Assembly: GCA_051439605.1 (NCBI GenBank) | Contig: JBFRWN010000058.1 | Location: forward strand, 1-12,118 | DNA length: 12,118 nucleotides | Direction: 5' to 3' | DNA from: Synechococcus sp. | Lineage (GTDB): Bacteria; Cyanobacteriota; Cyanobacteriia; Thermostichales; PCC-7336 | Shown: piece after piece, positions 6,062-12,118 of the stretch | How the letters are laid out: every line of letters begins with the position of its first letter | How positions within the stretch are numbered: position 1 is the stretch's first letter | Made by a program: the position numbers and the translations under genes | Notes under the pieces: model-generated | Told to the model about the DNA's origin: nothing | Databases searched by the model: none | The model's input: only the letters and a program-made list of their open reading frames with translations

Positions 6062-8269
6062 CTAATCAAAAAATCCCATCTTGGAACGAATTATCCTAAA
6101 TTCACTTAGTGGCCCATAGAAGAGGAACTTACCGTCGCCAGGAAGAATCGCCAAACTATCACTATCATCTCCTCTGAAAAGAGCATCATGTGGGCGATCG
6201 AAATCAAAATAATTATAAGGTTTAATTGGAATTGTTCCAACTAAAGTTGGAATTTGACCAACAGATCTCGCAATACTAATGTTAACGTTACTATCGCTGT
6301 CGTTTGATGGATATGGATAATAAGTTCCCGGATTGCTTTGCGCTTCCTCGCGGCTACTTGCTTCTTCGACAAAGCCTTTAGGTGAGAGTCTTAGGTTTGT
6401 ACCTGACAAAAAACCAACATCTTTATTTACGACTACCAGTATTAGACCTGTGTAACCAGGAAGGTGAAAGACTGAGTAATCAACGTTGGGAGTTACGACG
6501 TGGAAAGTAAGTTCACGCTCTCCTAAGTTAATTCTAATTTGATCTATTTCGTTATCTTCCGCATTCACAATATCGTCCATACTTGCGATGTATTCCATAC
6601 GATTGATGAGCCAACCGTAATCTTGTAAATATCGACATGTCTCAGAGTACTCTCTGAGCATCATGAGATCGTCCTCACTAGGGAAAGTAACATTGTTAGT
6701 GTTAGTAGCATTTCTGGGAGGCATACCAGTCATATGCATTTGCCACTTAATTTTCTTCTCCTTCAGATGATCAGTTTGGTCTTCATATGTTATCTCGGGA
6801 TCATCACTAGAATAAATATAATCGTCAAAGTTATAATTCTCATCACAGAAGACCTTTCTATCTAGGATATCAGGATAAGAATCATTCCAGTTAAGAATGC
6901 TTCGAGCTCCATTCATGACAGCTAACCAAACCATACATCGCGTGCAGTTCATCGGCGGATGATAGTGCTTAAAGAAGCAGATCACGTATTGACGTGTACC
7001 ATTTTCGTAATTTGTAATTTCATTGCTCTTCCAGCCATCGAGTCCATATCTTAAATTGTCTTGAACCCTATTTTCAAGATCCTCTAAATTGTTAACTACA
7101 TCAAAGACATGAATTTTGGCAGAAGCAGTAATAATAGCCTGAAAATGTGCATTATGTTTACGAGCTTCAATTCCGAAGGTTTTATAGCTGTTTGAAAGGT
7201 CGTCTAATGCAGAAATAGGTTGTTTCAGGGGACTCTTCTCTTGCTCGCGACCGAACGGATATACATCCGGGCTCATAATTAGCGGTTTATTTATTTCTAA
7301 GTACTCTTCACCTTCAGGCCAGCCGTATGTATCAGGTTGACTGTAAGTCAACTGAAAGTCGGCAGGACCTGCAGTATCTAAAATCTTATTTATCTCAGAA
7401 TGCAACATATTAACAAGTCTCATAGTATTGAGGTCTTTTGGCTCTTCGTGGGCGGCAAAAGCCAACACATTTGGATCCTCACCATGATGCAGGATGAATA
7501 TTGAATCTATAGCTGCAAGTTTTTCAATGCATTCTTTCTCTTCAATGGATTCGTCGGTGAGATCTATGGGGCTTGGACCATTATTACCAATACATGAGTA
7601 ATTGTTAAGTCTTTTCTCAAATTGAGCTATGAGTTTGATATTAAAATGATATTTCTTAATAAGAGATCTATAATACAAGAGATTCGATAAATTTCTTTGA
7701 CCAGTACGGATATGAAACAGATTAAAACCTTGTTTTATTCTCAGTCCTATCCATGCTTCCAAGTATTCTTGAATATTTATATAATTAGAGTCGTCTTCAA
7801 ATTGTTGTTTCATCTTCGAGTGATAGATTATATGTCCACATAAAAAATGCTCACCGAATTGATTATTTTGTCGAGGCCAATGAAACTTGGCCATTCTAGT
7901 ACGAACAGTCTTAGGTATATCTACCTCGATCGTAACTTCAGTATCACCTGCTCCAAGATTCTGTAGAACTGAAACTTCAGTGCCCTGGATAGTGCTCTGG
8001 AGCTGTTGGTGATAAGCAAAAACCTTAAAATATAGATCGGGAAAACGATTCTCAAATAATTCTTGAAAGTGGATTTCATTAAACTGAATCTTAAAAAGAC
8101 CTTGTTCAGCTGTGATGGCAGTCCAAACTCTGTCATCATGGAACTTCTGTATGATATCCCAGGAGTTATCCCAGGGGTTATCTTTATCCCAAATCTCTAT
8201 TCGCAACCCTGGGACACCGTTTCCGGTTTCTCGATTGATTACCGAACCATTAATGCGGAAAGTGGCCAT
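6062..8269 (-). CDS. 735-aa protein: N-terminal transthyretin/carboxypeptidase-regulatory-like beta-sandwich fused to a putative glycoside-hydrolase-like TIM barrel
   Basis: Long uninterrupted AT-rich ORF. N-terminus FRINGSVINRETGNGVPGLRIEIWDKD...GLFKIQF...PDLYFKVF. Central motifs DPNVLAFAAHEEP, IMSPDVYPF and RCMVWLAVMNGARSILNW recall clan GH-A barrels. The gene is near certain; the function is inferred. Confidence 0.75.
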   Translation of the reverse strand: MATFRINGSVINRETGNGVPGLRIEIWDKDNPWDNSWDIIQKFHDDRVWTAITAEQGLFKIQFNEIHFQELFENRFPDLYFKVFAYHQQLQSTIQGTEVSVLQNLGAGDTEVTIEVDIPKTVRTRMAKFHWPRQNNQFGEHFLCGHIIYHSKMKQQFEDDSNYINIQEYLEAWIGLRIKQGFNLFHIRTGQRNLSNLLYYRSLIKKYHFNIKLIAQFEKRLNNYSCIGNNGPSPIDLTDESIEEKECIEKLAAIDSIFILHHGEDPNVLAFAAHEEPKDLNTMRLVNMLHSEINKILDTAGPADFQLTYSQPDTYGWPEGEEYLEINKPLIMSPDVYPFGREQEKSPLKQPISALDDLSNSYKTFGIEARKHNAHFQAIITASAKIHVFDVVNNLEDLENRVQDNLRYGLDGWKSNEITNYENGTRQYVICFFKHYHPPMNCTRCMVWLAVMNGARSILNWNDSYPDILDRKVFCDENYNFDDYIYSSDDPEITYEDQTDHLKEKKIKWQMHMTGMPPRNATNTNNVTFPSEDDLMMLREYSETCRYLQDYGWLINRMEYIASMDDIVNAEDNEIDQIRINLGERELTFHVVTPNVDYSVFHLPGYTGLILVVVNKDVGFLSGTNLRLSPKGFVEEASSREEAQSNPGTYYPYPSNDSDSNVNISIARSVGQIPTLVGTIPIKPYNYFDFDRPHDALFRGDDSDSLAILPGDGKFLFYGPLSEFRIIRSKMGFFD

Positions 8270-8541
8270 GATAATGAACTAGTAAGAATATTTGAACAAA
8301 AAGCTAAGCTCAGCAGACGCATTAGCTTTGCAAGCTTGTTGCAGAGTCAGAAATGAATAATAGCTTGAAAGGTGCCTACACCTCTTTGTCTTACCTCATG
8401 CTATCTGATGTCAAATTCAAGTACATGTATTTATTGCATAAACTGTCATCTTATTTGATAATTTTTCATTAGGCTCAATAGGTGATTCAAGGAGGTCTGA
8501 ACGAACCTATCCGGTCCCATATCCGTCTGGAGAAGCAAAGT

Positions 8542-9997
8542 CCTACTGTCAAAAATCCGTTGATGACGTAGAAAAGTCCCATAACTGGTCCCAATCGCCA
8601 TTCAATTCAGCAACTTTGAGAATCCCGAGCGAACGGCTTCCTTGAGCGCGCCAACTCATCCCTTTCTTTTTCTGCCTCCTGCCGATGGTAAGGTCCACCC
8701 CCTTTTCCATGCGACCACTGCCAATGACTTTGCCTGCGCGACTTCGGCGGTTGTAGTTGATGATCTCAGATTGATGCTTCTCGATATAGCGAATTAGCTC
8801 TTTCCATTTATCCTCCCGTCTTGGGGTGACTTCCATCTTGAGATACGTCAAGACCGCATCCGTCTCTCCAAGCCACAGCTTTGGGATGATGAATTTCAGG
8901 CGAGTTACTTTATCCTCCTTATCCCAAGCGATCATAGACATCATCGAGCGCAGCTTTTTGACGAGATGATACCAGTCCAAAATCATCACGAGTCCAGAAC
9001 TGAAGGTCGTTCGGAGTCCGCTAGCAATAGATCTGGCCCCATCAGTGATCGCGACAAGATTCAAGGGCCCGCTGCTGTGACCGTATTCTAGTGCCACCCT
9101 GGCTTTTACGACTGTTGACAGGGTGATGGATAAATTGCCTTGTTTGTTGATGGGGGCGCAAATGTACTCGTATTGACCGGTCTTCTTTTCAAGTAGAGCT
9201 ACATCGGTCATCAGTCCTGGCTGTTTCTTGGAAGGCCCGATGGTGTCTGAAATTTGAGATAAGCGCTCTGCCTTCTGTTGCTTGACCTGAATGCCATCCT
9301 GAAACAGGAGGATTTCACGACTATCTCGAGCATACAAATCGACGCTGGGATTGACGCTCAAACCTCGAAACCGATCGCTTTTCTGGGCTTCCTCAACTTC
9401 CCTCTCAAGTCCATGGCTGAATTGTTGGGCTTTGGCGACGCTCAAGTTCCAGATGGTTTGATCGCTTAGCAGTTTGGCACCGGATACTCGCTCGACCAAT
9501 GCTGCAACCTCTTCATAGCTGAGTCGGTTGCTATAGAAAACACTAAACTCCTGGAGACGAGGACTGACATAGCTTTCCGTAAATTGCCCGGTCAAAGCAA
9601 AATAGGTGTTGCCTTTAGTGGAACCTTTGTATTTCTGAAGCCGGAAAGGGAACTGACCGTGTAGGGTCTTGATCGCAACCTGAGTGGTACCGTTACAGGT
9701 TAGTGTCCCGTTTTTTTCTCTGCTTGGTAAAACGATTCTGAGCTTGGGAGAGTAAGTGCTCCTCTATATCCGGAAGGGCTTGCTGTCGCCACTGTTCGAC
9801 AGCTCCTTCAATCTCATGAAGTGTCTGATCGCCGAGATTGACTTGGTAGGGATCCAGTTGACCAACGATGTTGCCATCCTCATCTCGAATCACTAACTCG
9901 AAGGTGGCTTTCATCCTCGACCCCTCAACGTCCTCCCCAAATGCTAGCCGGGGTTAGGAGCTGTAGCCCGAGTCATCAACGGATTTTTGACAGTAGG
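8542..9997 (-). mobile_element. Insertion sequence, 1456 bp, ISKra4-like (prokaryotic Mutator-type DDE)
   Basis: Perfect 26-bp TIRs CCTACTGTCAAAAATCCGTTGATGAC (8542-8567 and 9972-9997). AAGT is duplicated at 8538-8541 and 9998-10001. It encloses the transposase ORFs. Confidence 0.92.
8549..9914 (-). CDS. ISKra4-like DDE transposase in two frames (orfA 9693-9914; orfB frame open from about 9717 to 8549), joined by a +1 shift
   Basis: Catalytic motifs FQDGI, ITDGA, LDWYHL and GSGRMEKG. The orfB frame extends upstream of the TTG at 9595 as GTLTCNGTTQVAIKTLHGQFPFRLQKY to the A7 run (9711-9717). The stop codon lies inside the TIR. Confidence 0.88.
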
Positions 9998-10116
9998 AAG
10001 TCTTCTCTTCTGACAGCCTAAGAGCGTGTCTGCCCCCTTTTACCTAAGGCCTCAAGGAGGAAAGTGTAATTCCATATAGGCCCGAAAAGTTTATTAAAAA
10101 AATCTTCGGTCGTCGC

Positions 10117-10158
10117 TAAATATCTTCGTTTCTCATGATAAGGTCATGAAGATATTTA
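10117..10158. repeat. Perfect 11-bp inverted repeat with a 20-nt spacer (possible operator)
   Basis: TAAATATCTTC (10117-10127) and GAAGATATTTA (10148-10158). Confidence 0.6.
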
Positions 10159-10795
10159 CCTGCGTGTATATACTGATGCACTGTTTCGTATTAAGTAGTG
10201 TTTTGCGTGGAAGCCCTTGAATCTAGGTTACCTCTCCCATTAGCCATGCACCTCCCTTGGAAGATACACGAATCTCCCGATTGCACGGGCAGTAGAAGGC
10301 CCCTTTCGATCCTTACTGCTGCTGTGCCGTAGGCGAGGTCTCAAGTTGAGCCTCGATATATAAAACACAGATGGGCCGAGAGGCAATGTCCTCTAGTGAC
10401 TATTGTTGTGCTGACGCAAAGCTCGGTTGAACTCCCTTTAGGAGCCCATCCCCGGGTCTACGAAAGCGGTATCAAGAATGAATATAGGTAGCCTGGCCAA
10501 ATTAAACGAAAGATAAAAGTCTGAGAACCTTTAGGAAGAATCAAGTTCTTGCAACATTCATTTGAACGGCCTAGTTAAGTGCCAAGAACGGTCCATTTCT
10601 GAACCTGGTAACGCGATTTAAAAACGCGACTTGGTAGTCAACTAAATTTTCACGTTGAGCCGAGGCTTCACTCTGGTATAGCAAGTAGTCAAAGTATCTC
10701 GTGGTTTGCAGGATGCCCGAAGGCTTGGGTACATCTGCCGACGAGTCCTCCCTCAAAATTTGCACTTTCGACAATTCTGAACAAGGAAACAGTCC

Positions 10796-12118
10796 ATGGC
10801 TACTTTTATCGTCACAACTTCTGCAGATGAGAACGATCCGGGAGCCAGCGTAGGGTCTCCCGGAGGAACGGGGCTTTCTCTGCGAGAGGCGATCGGGCTG
10901 GCGAACGCCAATCCCGATGCTGACGATATTATTTTCAACTCGTCTGTCTCCGGTCCGCTGGTTCTGACTAACGGTCAGTTTCTTATCACTTCGGATGTCA
11001 CCATTAACGGTGACACCAATGGCGACGAAGTGGCCGACATCACCCTCGACGGGAACAATGCCAGCCGAATCCTGAATGCGAGGAATAATGGTGTCGATGT
11101 CGAGCTTCGTAGCCTCACCCTTACCGGCGGGCAGCAGGCCGGTTCTGTTGGAGACGATGGTAACGCTGGCGCGCTGCTGATTGGATTTGGTGCCTCACTG
11201 GATTTGGTGAACAGTACCGTCACGGACAGCTCGGCCGCATCCCTGGGGGGTGCGGTTTTAGTCGGTGCCGGATCGACTTTTACTTCAGTGAATTCGACGA
11301 TATCCGGAAATACAGCAGTTTATGGTGGCGGTGTCTACAATGCCAACGGTACAGCCAACCTAATCAACACTACGGTTTCTGGCAATGTCGCTACGGGTGG
11401 ACCTTTATCTTCCGGTGGTGGTCTCATCACCGCAGGCAGTCCTGCCACGTCTGTTGTAATTAATTCAACATTCACTGGCAATGCTGCTGCAGTGACCACG
11501 GGTGGTGTCTACAATTACGTTGGCGGAACCACCACGCTCATCAACACTGTTGTCTCGGGCAACAGCGCACCGTCGCAGCCGGAAGTGTACAGCGTGTCCA
11601 GCCCCGCCACCATTTATACCGGCAACAACATTATCGGCGATACCCTCTTTGTGGGCTCGACGCCGCAGCCCGGAACGCTGGCCCTAAGCAATATTTTCGA
11701 TACGGTCGTTTCGGTTAATCCTGGCGGACTCGGCTCGTTTAATTCGGGGCAGTTGGCTTCGAACGGCGGGGTGGTTCAGACAGTGGCGATCGCCAGCGGC
11801 GGCGCGGCGCAGAATAACGGCGATGCTACCCAGCTTCCTTCCGATACCTTCGACCTCGACAACGATGGCTCGACTGGAGAGGATTTGCCGGTCGATGCTC
11901 GGGGCATTGGGTTCGCCCGAGTCGTGGGCTCACTCGACATCGGCGCTTTCGAAATTGCATCGAATGCCCCCCCCACCATTACCAGTGATGGCGGTGGGGC
12001 CACGGCCGCGGTCTCGATTGATGAAAACACCACACTGGTCACCGATGTCCAGACTAACGACGATCTCGATGCCGAAGGAGCTGGACTGACTTACAGCATC
12101 ACGGGCGGCGATGACCAA
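10796..12118 (+). CDS. Large surface/secreted adhesin-like protein (CSLREA-like N-terminus, beta-helix repeats, choice-of-anchor Q-like segment, cadherin domain); partial, 441 codons to the right edge
   Basis: Manual translation is open from ATG 10796, with AAGGA at 10783-10787: MATFIVTTSADENDPGASVGSPGGTGLSLREAIGLANAN...; repeats NSTISGNTAVYGGGVYN, NTTVSGN and NSTFTGN; GQLASNGGVVQTVAI...DARGIGFARVVGSLDIGAFE; then cadherin-like NAPPTITSDGGGATAAVSIDENTTLVTDV...LTYSITGGDDQ. Confidence 0.92.
   Translation, partial: MATFIVTTSADENDPGASVGSPGGTGLSLREAIGLANANPDADDIIFNSSVSGPLVLTNGQFLITSDVTINGDTNGDEVADITLDGNNASRILNARNNGVDVELRSLTLTGGQQAGSVGDDGNAGALLIGFGASLDLVNSTVTDSSAASLGGAVLVGAGSTFTSVNSTISGNTAVYGGGVYNANGTANLINTTVSGNVATGGPLSSGGGLITAGSPATSVVINSTFTGNAAAVTTGGVYNYVGGTTTLINTVVSGNSAPSQPEVYSVSSPATIYTGNNIIGDTLFVGSTPQPGTLALSNIFDTVVSVNPGGLGSFNSGQLASNGGVVQTVAIASGGAAQNNGDATQLPSDTFDLDNDGSTGEDLPVDARGIGFARVVGSLDIGAFEIASNAPPTITSDGGGATAAVSIDENTTLVTDVQTNDDLDAEGAGLTYSITGGDDQ

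Noticed and set aside
5483..6069. ORFs 5483..5695, 5755..6069 and 5780..5998
   Set aside because: One runs through the MITE. The others overlap each other on opposite strands, with no motif or clear RBS.
8258..10807. Both divergent large genes begin with MATF, suggesting a shared or invertible 5' end
   Set aside because: The similarity covers four codons with synonymous differences and stops there, and no recombinase is present. Probably chance.
10571..12118. ORF-track calls 10571..10774, 10753..10938, 10975..11223, 11502..11687, 11776..12042, 11823..12089 and 11930..12118
   Set aside because: Alternative-frame or antisense shadows of the long + strand gene starting at 10796, or motif-less ORFs in its leader.

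Overview
This looks like an accessory, probably plasmid-borne region. A cyanobacterial host is weakly suggested by GCGATCGC at 2388 and 11786, several CGATCG cores and cyanobacterial-style IS ends. From left to right: (1) the 5' end of a small minus-strand gene with a double-glycine-type leader, missed by the ORF track; (2) an orphan protein-kinase-fold gene; (3) a 414-bp non-autonomous element with terminal inverted repeats (TIRs) and a 6-bp target duplication; (4) a probably truncated Cys-rich ORF ending in a perfect 18-bp hairpin; (5) a vapBC toxin-antitoxin pair; (6) a type Ib partition operon (short ParA plus ribbon-helix-helix partner), flanked on both sides by TTGCTGA heptad arrays, the upstream array enclosing a 111-bp folded element; (7) a 154-bp MITE; (8) a 735-aa AT-rich gene with a transthyretin-like N-terminal module and a glycoside-hydrolase-like barrel; (9) an ISKra4-like IS with perfect 26-bp TIRs and a transposase split by a +1 frameshift; (10) a hairpin-rich intergenic region; and (11) the first 441 codons of a large GC-rich CSLREA/beta-helix/cadherin surface protein, also missed by the ORF track. 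No replication gene, CRISPR array or RNA gene was recognised. Family calls come from motif recognition by eye, not database searches.
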